Assembly (NCBI GenBank): GCA_965223665.1
Contig: OZ245011.1
Coordinates: 2,784,001 to 2,848,000 of the forward strand
Source: Nitrospinaceae bacterium
GTDB lineage: Bacteria > Nitrospinota > Nitrospinia > Nitrospinales > Nitrospinaceae
Direction of reading: 5' to 3'
DNA: 64,000 nt
Below the pieces are notes generated by a model. The model saw only the letters and a program-made list of their open reading frames with translations. It was not told the DNA's origin and did no database searches. Positions 20,925 to 31,048 of this stretch are shown here, piece after piece. Positions within the stretch are counted from its first letter, which is position 1. Each line of letters starts with the position of its first letter. A program made the translations under genes and the position numbers.

Positions 20925-21770
20925 CTAAAAAAACATATTCATTACACTTTTTAATTGCATGTCTACTTGGACGGAAATGGATTCTAAATCCTTCGGGTTT
21001 ATCCTTAGTTTTTCTAAACAATTCTTTTCCAATTCCGTTGTAGCAAACTCAGCATCAAATCCATTATTCATTTCATCAGTAATAAATTCAGCTAGGTGCA
21101 ATACTGAAGATTCAATCTGAAAGTTATTAGATTTCGCAGTTTGATGGTGTCCGGAAACCATTTCTATTAATCTCGCGGGCATTTCCCAGTTTTTTAGTAA
21201 TTCAGCGCTCATATCTGAATGATCAAACCCTAAAATCTTTTTTTCTGATAAATAAATACATTCATTCTCTCGCTTACTCATATCCAAACACTGCCGGGAT
21301 AAATCAGGTTCTAATTTTAAAAACACCAATATCCCTATATCATGGAGAATCCCACCTAGGTAGTATCTTTCACCATGCAGGTCATTGCAAAACTTTGCTA
21401 TGGTTTTTGCCGCTAATCCACAGGTAATACTATGTCGCCAAAATTTTTGCATATTGTAAATGCTACTAGGAATTCCTTTAAATTGATTGATGACTAAAGT
21501 TGAAAGTATCAAGTCAGACAATTGTTCCATACCAATAATTGAGATCGCATGAGAAATGGTTTCAACATTTCTTTCAAACCCATAAAAAGAACTATTTACA
21601 ATTTTTAATAATCGAGCAGAGAGACCTGGATCGCAACTTATTATCCACCCAAAATCTTGAAAGGTTTTTTCAGGATCTTTTAATGCGGATTGGAGTTCAA
21701 TAAAAATTTTTGGCAGGGAAAAAACTTCTGAATTAGTTTGAATTATCTCTCTTGGGCTCAATATACTCAT
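20925..21770 (-). CDS. HDOD domain protein
   Basis: DPGLSARLLKIVNSSFYG, FWRHS, GILHDIG, LGFDH, W..P. Confidence 0.9.
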   Translation of the reverse strand: MSILSPREIIQTNSEVFSLPKIFIELQSALKDPEKTFQDFGWIISCDPGLSARLLKIVNSSFYGFERNVETISHAISIIGMEQLSDLILSTLVINQFKGIPSSIYNMQKFWRHSITCGLAAKTIAKFCNDLHGERYYLGGILHDIGILVFLKLEPDLSRQCLDMSKRENECIYLSEKKILGFDHSDMSAELLKNWEMPARLIEMVSGHHQTAKSNNFQIESSVLHLAEFITDEMNNGFDAEFATTELEKNCLEKLRINPKDLESISVQVDMQLKSVMNMFF

Positions 21771-21803
21771 AAAATCAGTACAAAGGAAATTATTGGGGAA
21801 AAA

Positions 21804-23315
21804 TTATTTTGTAATTGGCTTATCAATTTGTAGTTCTTTTATCAACCTGGATAGGTAGGAACGCTGCACTTCTAGAATTTTAGCAGCTTGAGTTCGGTTG
21901 CCTTTAGTGGATTTCAGAGTATTCGTAATAAAGGAACGGCGGAACACATCTGTTGCCTCTTTTAAAGTAGAACCCACAGTTATTTCAAAAGGTGCCTGAG
22001 TAGATTCAAAGGCAAATGAGTCTGGAGTGATTTCCTCTTTGTCCTCCAAAACAATAGCGCGTTCTACTGCATTTTCGAGTTGACGAATATTCCCTGGCCA
22101 ATTATATCCCTCTAAAAATGGAATTAAACCTTTTTGCAAAACCTTGGGAGTCTGTCCCTCCGGAGTATGCTTTCTAATAAAAAAGTTAATTAAGTCAGGA
22201 ATATCTTCCTTTCTTTCTCTTAAGGGAGGCAATGCAATATTAACTACATTGATTCTGTAATATAAATCCTGCCGAAAAGTCCCTTCGCTAACCATCTTAT
22301 CTAAATCTTGATTGGTCGCTGAAATAATACGAACATCAACATTAGTTGGTGTGGTGCCTCCCAGGCGGAGAAACGATTCCTCTTGTAATACCCGAAGCAG
22401 TTTGACTTGCATATCTAGGGGCATTTCTCCAATCTCATCAAGAAAAAGAGTTCCTCCATTAGCGGCTTCAAACAAACCGATTTTTCGACTATCTGCTCCT
22501 GTAAATGATCCTTTTTCATGTCCGAATAATTCTCTTTCCAAAATTGAGGCAGGTAACGCCCCACAGCTAACAGATACAAATGGTTTAGTTTGACGAGAAC
22601 TAAAGTCATGAATTAAATGAGCAAATAATTCTTTTCCTGTTCCGCTTTCTCCTGACAGTAGCACTGCGGCTTTAGAATTGGCTACTTTCTCGGATTGGCT
22701 GATACAAACCTTAATAGGAGGACTTTCTCCCACAATGGTGTACCGTTGCATATATTTTTGCTGCAGTCGGTCAAACTCCTCACCCAACATTTCGTTACTG
22801 CGAGCTACCTGAAAAAACATGGCCATCATATTTGAAAATCGATCCAAAATTTCGACATCCAATTCTGAAAAAATGGATCCGTCCATCTTATCTAAAAACT
22901 GTACTACCCCTATGACTTTGTTATGGTTCATTAGTGGAAGACAAGCAATGGATTGAACATCCATATCCGTCATTTCACTTACTTTACTCAACCAACGTCG
23001 ATCACTATGAACATTATTTGATACGATGGCTTCCCCGGTCTCCGCAACTGTACCGGCTAACCCAACACCTTGAGGAATTTCTACCATCTTCAATTGTTTC
23101 GAACTTAAACCCGAAGCTTGGTAAAACTGAAGTGATTTAGTAGACTCATTTAACATCAAAAGGGAGGCATTTTTGGCTCCCACAGTTTCAACAGCGCACT
23201 CCAAAGCAACACTAATTAATTCGTCTACTTCTTTAAAAGCTGTTTTAAAAAGGGTGGAAATTTTTCGAAGGGTTTGTATGTTGGCGTAACTATCAATTTG
23301 TTTCATATTTATCAA
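21804..23315 (-). CDS. sigma54-dependent enhancer-binding protein (GAF-AAA+-Fis HTH); true start may be the ATG at 23306
   Basis: N-terminal GAF; GESGTGKE, ELFGHEKGSFTGA, FLDEIG, FRQDLYYR, WPGNIRQL; C-terminal HTH. Confidence 0.92.
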   Translation of the reverse strand: MINMKQIDSYANIQTLRKISTLFKTAFKEVDELISVALECAVETVGAKNASLLMLNESTKSLQFYQASGLSSKQLKMVEIPQGVGLAGTVAETGEAIVSNNVHSDRRWLSKVSEMTDMDVQSIACLPLMNHNKVIGVVQFLDKMDGSIFSELDVEILDRFSNMMAMFFQVARSNEMLGEEFDRLQQKYMQRYTIVGESPPIKVCISQSEKVANSKAAVLLSGESGTGKELFAHLIHDFSSRQTKPFVSVSCGALPASILERELFGHEKGSFTGADSRKIGLFEAANGGTLFLDEIGEMPLDMQVKLLRVLQEESFLRLGGTTPTNVDVRIISATNQDLDKMVSEGTFRQDLYYRINVVNIALPPLRERKEDIPDLINFFIRKHTPEGQTPKVLQKGLIPFLEGYNWPGNIRQLENAVERAIVLEDKEEITPDSFAFESTQAPFEITVGSTLKEATDVFRRSFITNTLKSTKGNRTQAAKILEVQRSYLSRLIKELQIDKPITK

Positions 23316-23571
23316 AGAAAAATGATTTGAAAACGCTAAAGCAAATTGTATACATTTTTCAAATATATTGAAAGAACTGTATACAATATTTTTTAATTTT
23401 TTATGAATTTGACAATTTATTGTTACCTTTACAGGTTAAATGAATTTTTTCAAAATAATAAAAAAATTTTTAACCACCACTCTAAAATTCTATAATCTCT
23501 AAGAATTGGGATATAATCAGACTAAATCGAAGCTAAAAAGTTCTTATTTTTAAACAAGTTATAGTAATTTA

Positions 23572-25530
23572 ATGAAAAAATCAGATTTTTTCAAATCTCA
23601 TTTAGGAAGTGTAATTTTTTTTACACTTTTAACCATATTTACCTATTGGGGAACTTTTCAGGTTCCATTCTTATATGACGATATTCACGCAATTGTCCAA
23701 AACCCTAAAATTCAAGACTTTTCACAAATTGGGAAATTATTAAATATTGAAAACCTGTTTAATAGGCCCATCCTCAACATTTCTTTTGCCATCAACCGGG
23801 ACTTAAACGGATTAAATGTATGGGGTTATCACATCGTGAATTTAGGAATCCACATTGGAGTGGGAATCCTTTTATATTTTTTTGCGGGAAAATGCTTACA
23901 GCTTATTCCCCATGAACGTAGAAGCAGTTACCGGTTTTTGCCTTTAACTGCAACACTGATCCATTTAATTCATCCATTAAATGTGCAAGCCGTGGTTTAC
24001 CTCTCCAGTCGCTCAGTACTTTTGGTCACCTTGTTTTATCTTAGTTCAACTTTAAGTTTTATAAAATTTTTCGAACAGTGGGACCGATCAACTTTTGACT
24101 CAAAATGTATATTTTGGCTATTACTGGGTCTTTTCCTTTTCTTTTTAGGTTGTGGAACGAAAGCCATCATAGTTACCCTACCTGTAATGGGTCTAATTTT
24201 TTACTATTTAAATTGCGACATTGAAAATAGAAAAATGGACTCCACCTTAATAATAATGATATTAGCTCCTCTTTTCTTTTACTTAATTTATCGAGGGCAT
24301 ACATTTGGAAATATTTTTGTTTTAACTACCGAGCATGAGTCCATGCAGATGTCGCGGATGCTTTATTTACTCACACAAATTAAAGCATTTATTTTTTACT
24401 ATTTGCTAAAATGGTTCTATCCCATCAATTTAAATTTCGAACCAGATTTTAGGTTGATAAATGGACCTGAAGACCCGCAGTTTATTGTTGCTGCCCTTAT
24501 ACTTCTGGTTGGAATAATAATTTTTTTAAAAAGCAAATCTCAAATATTAAAGTTTTTTTTCCTCTGGGCTTTAATCACCTTAGCACCCACCTCCAGTTTA
24601 GTTCCGTTAAAACAAATCGTCACCGAACACCGATTTTATTTACCTGGAATAGGAGTTTGTTTAGGAATTGGTATAGTTTTAGTTTCTGCAATGAATTATT
24701 CAAAAAAATTACTTTATCTAATTGGAATAGCCTTACTTTTCTTAATTATCCTTAACCAGGTAAGAAGTAGTGACTTTAAAGATTCTGTTTCAATATGGGC
24801 CGACACCGCAAAAAAGTCTCCCCAAAAAGCCTTGGTACATAATAATCTCGCCGCCGCTTATCTGGAAAAAAAAATGTTTAGCGAAGCGGAGCAGGCCTTA
24901 AAAACAACTCTGGTTTTAAACCCTAATAGTGATCATGCTCGTATCAACCTGGGTGTTTTATTGATTCAAAAAAAGAAATATCAAGAAGCTGTAGACGAGT
25001 TTTTTCAGGCCATAAAACTTGGAACTCGAGATCCCAACGCTTATTACAATGCAGGTTTAGCACTTTTAGAATTGGACCGAGCTGAAGAATCACTTCCTTA
25101 TCTTCGGGAGGCTGTAAAGCTCAAACCTCAATCTGCTCAATATCATTTTGATTATGGAAAGGCTCTACAAAAAAATAAATTGTTCGACGATGCACTTAAA
25201 GAATATAGAACAAGCCTAAATATCCAACCCAATAATTTTAAAGCTCATAATAATAGAGGCACTATTTTTTGGAATTTGAAATCATATTACTTTGCTGAAG
25301 CAGCCTTCCAACAAGCATATCTATTGAATAAACATTCAATTACAACGCTTAATAATTTAGCCAGTGCCAATTTGGTCCTTAAAGATTATGACGCCGCAAT
25401 CCGATACTTAAAAGAGACCCTTGCAATAGACCCCGAAAATGATAATGCCCGCCAAATGTTAATTGCGGCCAAAAGAATGAAAGAAAACTACAAAAATGAA
25501 CCCCCACCAAAAAGCAAAGGATTCCACTAA
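23572..25530 (+). CDS. TMTC-like membrane glycosyltransferase (GT-C fold) with C-terminal TPRs
   Basis: YDD after TM1, NRP, YH.VN..IH, HPLN..AV.Y.SSRS, EHRFYLP, W.D, then TPRs. Confidence 0.75.
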   Translation: MKKSDFFKSHLGSVIFFTLLTIFTYWGTFQVPFLYDDIHAIVQNPKIQDFSQIGKLLNIENLFNRPILNISFAINRDLNGLNVWGYHIVNLGIHIGVGILLYFFAGKCLQLIPHERRSSYRFLPLTATLIHLIHPLNVQAVVYLSSRSVLLVTLFYLSSTLSFIKFFEQWDRSTFDSKCIFWLLLGLFLFFLGCGTKAIIVTLPVMGLIFYYLNCDIENRKMDSTLIIMILAPLFFYLIYRGHTFGNIFVLTTEHESMQMSRMLYLLTQIKAFIFYYLLKWFYPINLNFEPDFRLINGPEDPQFIVAALILLVGIIIFLKSKSQILKFFFLWALITLAPTSSLVPLKQIVTEHRFYLPGIGVCLGIGIVLVSAMNYSKKLLYLIGIALLFLIILNQVRSSDFKDSVSIWADTAKKSPQKALVHNNLAAAYLEKKMFSEAEQALKTTLVLNPNSDHARINLGVLLIQKKKYQEAVDEFFQAIKLGTRDPNAYYNAGLALLELDRAEESLPYLREAVKLKPQSAQYHFDYGKALQKNKLFDDALKEYRTSLNIQPNNFKAHNNRGTIFWNLKSYYFAEAAFQQAYLLNKHSITTLNNLASANLVLKDYDAAIRYLKETLAIDPENDNARQMLIAAKRMKENYKNEPPPKSKGFH

Positions 25531-27298
25531 TCCCTCATTTTGGAAAGAATGTTCTTTTATCTTTTTGTTGGGATTCGGAATTTATTATTCCCATCTCAAT
25601 TATCCATTTCAATTTGATAGCGTTCAATTCATTCCAGACAATCCGGTTTTTAGAAATTTGGACCAGGTTTTAAACCTAAATTATGTATTAAAAAACTTTT
25701 TTAACCGAGGAACATTGTTTTTGACCTTTGGATGGAATGTTCTTTGGGGTGCTTTTGATCCTTTTGGGTTTCATCTGTTTAATTTAGTTTTACATTTATA
25801 TAATTCAATTTTGATATTTTTTATCACTTGGCATTTTTGCCAATATTTTAAAATAACGGGAGTTTACGAAAATTCTTCCATAAAAAAATGGGTAAGCCTT
25901 GGAACCGCTCTCCTTTTTTTAGTCCATCCTATCCAAACGGAATCTGTAATTTTAGTAGTCAGCCGTTCCGAACTTTTAGCAGGATCCTTTTATCTTTCAG
26001 GGTTTTTAATTTTTCAAAAACTATTAACACCAAGAACTAATTCAAGCAATTTTTATCAAAAGATCGGGGTCTCCTTAATTATTTTATTGTGCTGGCTTAT
26101 AAGTTTTAGTTCAAAGCAATCCGCAATAACTCTTCCAGCAATTCTATTTGCCTATTATTTTTTGAGTCAACCCTCAAACTCTCCCGCACTTCAATGGTTA
26201 AAAATTTGGAAATGGAAGATCTTAGGCTTGGTTTTCATAGGATCAACTCTTCTTTTTTATAAACTTCTTACAGATGAATCCTTCCTGATTGGACCTTCTG
26301 TTGCCGGTGAAATTATCGGCCGGAAGAATTACATGTTAAGCCAACCAACGGTTATCGTCTTTTATTATTTAAAGTTGCTGTTGTTTCCCATTAATTTAAA
26401 TGTCGACCCAACGATGCCAATGATTCAATCTCTTGGATCATTTAAATTTTGGATTGCCTTATCAATACTCATTTCATCTTTTCTTGTTTCTCTAAAAATA
26501 AAATGGTCGAAGCCGGCTCTATTTTCTATTTCCTGGTTTCTTATTACACTTTCTCCTTCCTCCTCGATTATTACCCTACTGGATTTAGCCGCCGAACACA
26601 GAGTCTATTTAGCTTCATTCGGATTTTTTATTATTTTTGTTCTGGTTATTTTTTGGTTAAGCGATCAAATAAAAAAAACTGTAAGTGCAAAATCCTGTCA
26701 ACCCATCTTTGTTGCAATTTTGGTAAGCGTTTTAATTTTGAACTGTACCCTGACTATGAAAAGAACATCAGTTTGGTCTAGCGAAATTAATTTATGGCAT
26801 GATGCAGAAAAAAAATCTCCCCAAAAAGTCCGGCCGTTAGTGAATTTAGGCAGGGCTTACACTTTAATCGGACAACCGGAAAAAGCAATTGATTATTATG
26901 AAAGATCTCTTGCTAGAAACTCCGGATATTTTCAAACTCATTACAATGTTGCGGTTTTATACTTGAACAAAGGTCAAGAAGATAAAGCTTTAAACCATTT
27001 TCAAAAAGCTGCTGGTCTAAATCCAAATATTGCAGATACACATATCTATTTGGCCAATATTTTTTTGAAAAGAAAAGAGTTTCAAAAAACCACCCTACAC
27101 TTAAAAAAAGCCGTTGAGATAAACCCAAAAAACGCCGAAGCCTTTCGTACGTTAGGTGCCATTCATTTTTTTGAACTCAATCAAAAATCCGAAGGCGTTG
27201 CTTATTTTAAACGATCAATTTTCCTGAATCCCAACCAGCAGGGAGCCGACTTGATACAAAATTTAATTCAGCAGCATAATAAAAATCCAAATTCTTAA
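25496..27298 (+). CDS. second TMTC-like membrane glycosyltransferase with TPRs
   Basis: FDS after TM1, FH.FN..LH, HPIQTESV..V.SRSE, AEHRVYL, W.D, TPRs; paralog of the upstream gene. Confidence 0.75.
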   Translation: MNPHQKAKDSTNPSFWKECSFIFLLGFGIYYSHLNYPFQFDSVQFIPDNPVFRNLDQVLNLNYVLKNFFNRGTLFLTFGWNVLWGAFDPFGFHLFNLVLHLYNSILIFFITWHFCQYFKITGVYENSSIKKWVSLGTALLFLVHPIQTESVILVVSRSELLAGSFYLSGFLIFQKLLTPRTNSSNFYQKIGVSLIILLCWLISFSSKQSAITLPAILFAYYFLSQPSNSPALQWLKIWKWKILGLVFIGSTLLFYKLLTDESFLIGPSVAGEIIGRKNYMLSQPTVIVFYYLKLLLFPINLNVDPTMPMIQSLGSFKFWIALSILISSFLVSLKIKWSKPALFSISWFLITLSPSSSIITLLDLAAEHRVYLASFGFFIIFVLVIFWLSDQIKKTVSAKSCQPIFVAILVSVLILNCTLTMKRTSVWSSEINLWHDAEKKSPQKVRPLVNLGRAYTLIGQPEKAIDYYERSLARNSGYFQTHYNVAVLYLNKGQEDKALNHFQKAAGLNPNIADTHIYLANIFLKRKEFQKTTLHLKKAVEINPKNAEAFRTLGAIHFFELNQKSEGVAYFKRSIFLNPNQQGADLIQNLIQQHNKNPNS

Positions 27299-27371
27299 AG
27301 CACTAAAACAAAATTGTCCGCAAAAGGGAATTGTTCTTCCCTAAAGGTTATGGTACCTTTTGGAATCTAGT

Positions 27372-27455
27372 GCCGAAGTGGTGGAATTGGTAGACGCGCT
27401 GGATTCAAAATCCAGTGGGGGCAACCCCGTGAGAGTTCGAGTCTCTCCTTCGGCA
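27372..27455 (+). tRNA. tRNA-Leu (anticodon CAA), long variable arm, CCA not encoded
   Basis: GCCGAAG/CTTCGGC acceptor stem; CTGGA-TTCAAAA-TCCAG anticodon arm; GTTCGAG T-loop. Confidence 0.96.
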
Positions 27456-27553
27456 CTCTTCCTTTTCCAATTCCAAAGAAAATATTTCCTTCCCTACAAA
27501 TTTAAAAAATAACCTAAACCATTATTTGACAAATATCTCTAAGGAAAGATTAT

Positions 27554-29863
27554 TTATTCTATTGTTGATTTAATATTGTTAGATTTAAAAAACGAGGCGT
27601 AAGATTTATCCACCACTTTGATATGATTATTAAGCCAGTCCTTAAGGAAATTGAGTAGTTTATCGTCTATTTCTGTGTTTCCTTCTTTATAGCTTTGGAC
27701 AAACTCTTGAACCTGACTTACCAACTTTCTATGTTTATCTTTGTGCTGGTCAGTTTCAGGGTAACCATATTTATCGAATAAACGTTCCTCACAGGAAAAG
27801 TGAGCCACTGTGTAATCGACAATGTCAGTTAACACTATATCTAATACTTGTTTACCTCTATTTTCTAATTTAGCTCGATAGAGCTTATTAATTAAATGAA
27901 ACAAAATCTTATGCTGTCTATCAAATAATTCAATCCCTGTAATATAGCTTTCATCAAAGGTAATGTATTCTGGAAAATCTTGTTCAAGTTTATATTTAGA
28001 AACAAAGTCATTAAGCTGTGTAGCAATTTTATTTAAATGCTTTAAGGAACTTTGAGTCTTATTTGCACCCTGATCAGTACTTTGAGCCGCTTCGGCTACC
28101 CCTGAAATATTTTCAGCTATTTCTCCTGTTCCACGGGCCGCCTCGCTAACGTTACGTCCAATTTCCTGTGTGGTTACAGATTGCTCTTCCACCGCACTGG
28201 CAATTGTATTGGAAAAGTCATTCACTTGATGAATCACATTGGAAATTTCCTCAATGGCCAAAACAGCTTCTTTTGTATCACTTTGAATAGTTTCAATTTT
28301 TAAGGAAATATTTTCTGTAGCTTTAGATGTTTCTTTGGCAAGTTCTTTAACTTCGTTGGCCACAACAGCAAATCCTTTTCCCGCTTCCCCGGCTCGCGCT
28401 GCTTCGATGGTGGCATTTAACGCTAACAAATTGGTTTGTTCCGCAATACTGTTAATGACCTTTATCACCTCGCCAATTTCAGCACTACTTTCGCCCAAGC
28501 GAGAAACGATCTCATTAGTGGTCTTTGCAAATTGAACAGCCTCCGTAACCACTTTCGCCGCATCAGTAGAATTTTTTGATATTTCCTTAATACTCGCACC
28601 CATCTGTTCAGATCCAGCGGCGACTGTTTGAACATTTTTACTAACTTCTTCCGCAGCGGAAGAAACCATATTGGCTTGCGTAGAGGTTTGTTCTGCATTA
28701 TTTGCCATTGTTTGGCTCACGTGCGTCAACTCATCTGCCGAATCAGCTAATAATTGGATGGTTGAAGTTATTTCCAGGATGTCATGTCTTAAATCTTTAA
28801 AAAACTGATTGAGATCGTTACCCATTCTTCCAACCGTATCTTCTCCTTCAACAGCAATTTTTGCTGTCAAGTCTCCATGACTCGCCGCAGTAATAGCTTC
28901 TAAGATATTATTTACTTTAATTTTATGGTCGGCTTCCCTAAGTTTTTCTTTTTCTTCTAAGTCAATTGTAATTTTTTCCTTATTAGCCAACTCAGTTATC
29001 AAATTCCAAGAAACAATTGGACCTAAATATTCTCCATCTCTATCCATCAAGGGATTTATTTCAATTTGAAGAATCTCCTTTCCTAATTGAATTTTAGAAC
29101 TGTGAGGAAGATTACTGGGATCAGACACAATTTTTTTAGCTTGTTGCGGATTTTTATGAAAAATATCAATTGAACTTCCAATAATTTCATCAACATCACA
29201 AGGTAAATTATTGGAAAGGTGTTTAAAATTATTCTTCGCAGAGGTATTTATATATTTTATTTCCAAATTTTTTCTGGCGTCTGCAAACATTATGTTGTTT
29301 GGTAATTCATCGATAAATGCTTTGGTAAATTCGACTTCTTTTTCAAGCTTATTTTTGGATTGAGCAAAATTTAAAATTTTCTTAAGAGCTTTTCCTAACT
29401 CTCCTTGGCACTCATCAATTTGGTTTTCAGAAATAATACCTTTCTCAATATTTTCTGTTACATTTAAGAAGCTATTTATTTGAGATTTTAATTTACTTAC
29501 TATCAGTTTTGCTTTTCCTAACTCATCTGTACGCGAAATTTCTTTATGTTCGGGTATGGTCATTCCATGGGAAAAAACTTCTTTTAATGAGGATGTAAAT
29601 TCCCGAATATTTTTTGAAATGGATTTTGCAAATAAATAACCTATCAAGGAAAGGATTCCAATAGTCATCCAGAGAATTAAAGACAAATCAGCCTCGAGTT
29701 CTGATATCTCATTAATCCACTGCATATTTTGCAAATTGAGGTTTTTAATTTTTTTCAAGTAAGAATTGAATGTGGAGGAAACAATCAAAGTTTGAGTAAA
29801 CCCCATTGCAAGTAAAAATAAAACCCACTTATTTGGTATGCTAAGATTTTTCCACCAATTCAT
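27554..29863 (-). CDS. methyl-accepting chemotaxis protein with 2 TM, HAMP, PAS, MA and C-terminal hemerythrin domains
   Basis: [30 protein letters not shown]; hemerythrin ligands QH, HF..EE, H...H, HI...D; PAS with IFHKNP; start placed at ATG 29863 (MNWW). Confidence 0.92.
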   Translation of the reverse strand: MNWWKNLSIPNKWVLFLLAMGFTQTLIVSSTFNSYLKKIKNLNLQNMQWINEISELEADLSLILWMTIGILSLIGYLFAKSISKNIREFTSSLKEVFSHGMTIPEHKEISRTDELGKAKLIVSKLKSQINSFLNVTENIEKGIISENQIDECQGELGKALKKILNFAQSKNKLEKEVEFTKAFIDELPNNIMFADARKNLEIKYINTSAKNNFKHLSNNLPCDVDEIIGSSIDIFHKNPQQAKKIVSDPSNLPHSSKIQLGKEILQIEINPLMDRDGEYLGPIVSWNLITELANKEKITIDLEEKEKLREADHKIKVNNILEAITAASHGDLTAKIAVEGEDTVGRMGNDLNQFFKDLRHDILEITSTIQLLADSADELTHVSQTMANNAEQTSTQANMVSSAAEEVSKNVQTVAAGSEQMGASIKEISKNSTDAAKVVTEAVQFAKTTNEIVSRLGESSAEIGEVIKVINSIAEQTNLLALNATIEAARAGEAGKGFAVVANEVKELAKETSKATENISLKIETIQSDTKEAVLAIEEISNVIHQVNDFSNTIASAVEEQSVTTQEIGRNVSEAARGTGEIAENISGVAEAAQSTDQGANKTQSSLKHLNKIATQLNDFVSKYKLEQDFPEYITFDESYITGIELFDRQHKILFHLINKLYRAKLENRGKQVLDIVLTDIVDYTVAHFSCEERLFDKYGYPETDQHKDKHRKLVSQVQEFVQSYKEGNTEIDDKLLNFLKDWLNNHIKVVDKSYASFFKSNNIKSTIE

Positions 29864-30113
29864 AGTTTGTCGCCTCTGGAAATTTAAAGAGATAAAAACT
29901 TGTATTATATTCAATGCAATATAAACAAGTTAAATGAGTTAGGTAATTTTTGTCAAAAGATTTTATTTTAAAAAGTGCCTAAAAAGACACCATAAAAAAA
30001 TAGATTTTTATTGGTATTTTTTTTGATTTTTTATTCCAAAAATATTTCCTTTTTTTCCTAAAACCACTATTATTATTAATTCTCAATTTTGTGATTTTTG
30101 CGTTTACAACCTT

Positions 30114-30992
30114 ATGCCTGAAATAAAAAAACCAAATTTACAAGAAATAGAATCTAAAAAAAGTCAATTAGAACGAGCCGATTTGAGCCTTTCGGATCTT
30201 AGAGGAATAGATCTTAGCCAGGGAAGTCTGAAAGAAGCAAAAATGAGTCGGTCCATTTTGAAAGGTGCTAATTTAAGTAAAGCGGGTTTAAATGGTGCCG
30301 ATTTCACGGGAAGTAATCTTATTCTAGTTAACTTTTCAGAAGCCCAACTGATCCGGGCAAACTTTAAAAAAGCTAATTTCAGTGGTAGTAATTTTTCAAA
30401 TACAGATCTCAGTGGTGCTTTCCTTAGCAAATCGCTGGGGCGAAAAGCTATTTTTACAAGAGCAAATTTAAACAGGTCGGACTTAAACCAGGCGCAACTC
30501 ATGGAAAGTAATTTTAGCTATACTCACTTGAGTAAATCAGACTTACGGGGCGCTCAATTTATGAAAGCAAGTTTAGAATTTGCCAAAATTCCCAAGTCAC
30601 ATTTAACTAAAGCCAATTTCTTTCAAACAAATATGGAAGGAGTGGATGTGAGTGGATGTAATCTCAGTACTTGTGATATGCGGGAGTCCCGTCTGGTTAA
30701 TATGGATTTTTCAGAAGCTATTGGAACCCGAATTTTGTTTAAAGGATCTGACTTGACTGGATCTAATTTCACAAAGGCCAGCCTGCGCGGAGCAGATTTT
30801 GCGGATGCGATCCTCGAAGGAGTAATTTTTTATGGTACCGATTTTTCCCTGGCCACCAATTTGACATGCGAACAATTAAGAACTGCCAAGATTGATAGAA
30901 AAACAAAGTTTCCTGAAAATATTCAAATCAATTGGATTTCAGAAAGTGAATTCGAATGCCAGGAAATCCCTCAAAATAAAGAGGGAGAATAA
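30114..30992 (+). CDS. pentapeptide repeat protein
   Basis: Long run of A(D/N)Lxx-type repeats. Confidence 0.92.
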   Translation: MPEIKKPNLQEIESKKSQLERADLSLSDLRGIDLSQGSLKEAKMSRSILKGANLSKAGLNGADFTGSNLILVNFSEAQLIRANFKKANFSGSNFSNTDLSGAFLSKSLGRKAIFTRANLNRSDLNQAQLMESNFSYTHLSKSDLRGAQFMKASLEFAKIPKSHLTKANFFQTNMEGVDVSGCNLSTCDMRESRLVNMDFSEAIGTRILFKGSDLTGSNFTKASLRGADFADAILEGVIFYGTDFSLATNLTCEQLRTAKIDRKTKFPENIQINWISESEFECQEIPQNKEGE

Positions 30993-31048
30993 AGTTTCAA
31001 TAACCCTTCTCCCCCAAACTTATTCCTGAATTAAAAAAATTGAAGTTT

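Noticed and set aside
21804-23315. NifA and nitrogen fixation regulation (together with the DraG-like gene and amt)
   Set aside because: GAF-AAA-HTH architecture is generic; no nif or draT genes in the window; the DraG-like protein is degenerate
27372-27560. tRNA-Leu as an integration site for a genomic island
   Set aside because: No integrase and no duplicated tRNA 3' end seen in the window
29915-30000. sigma54 promoter for the chemoreceptor
   Set aside because: A TTGCA is present but lacks GG at the required spacing
30114-30992. Periodic sequence suggesting a DNA repeat or CRISPR array
   Set aside because: Periodicity is protein-level pentapeptide repeats; no identical repeats with spacers and no cas genes
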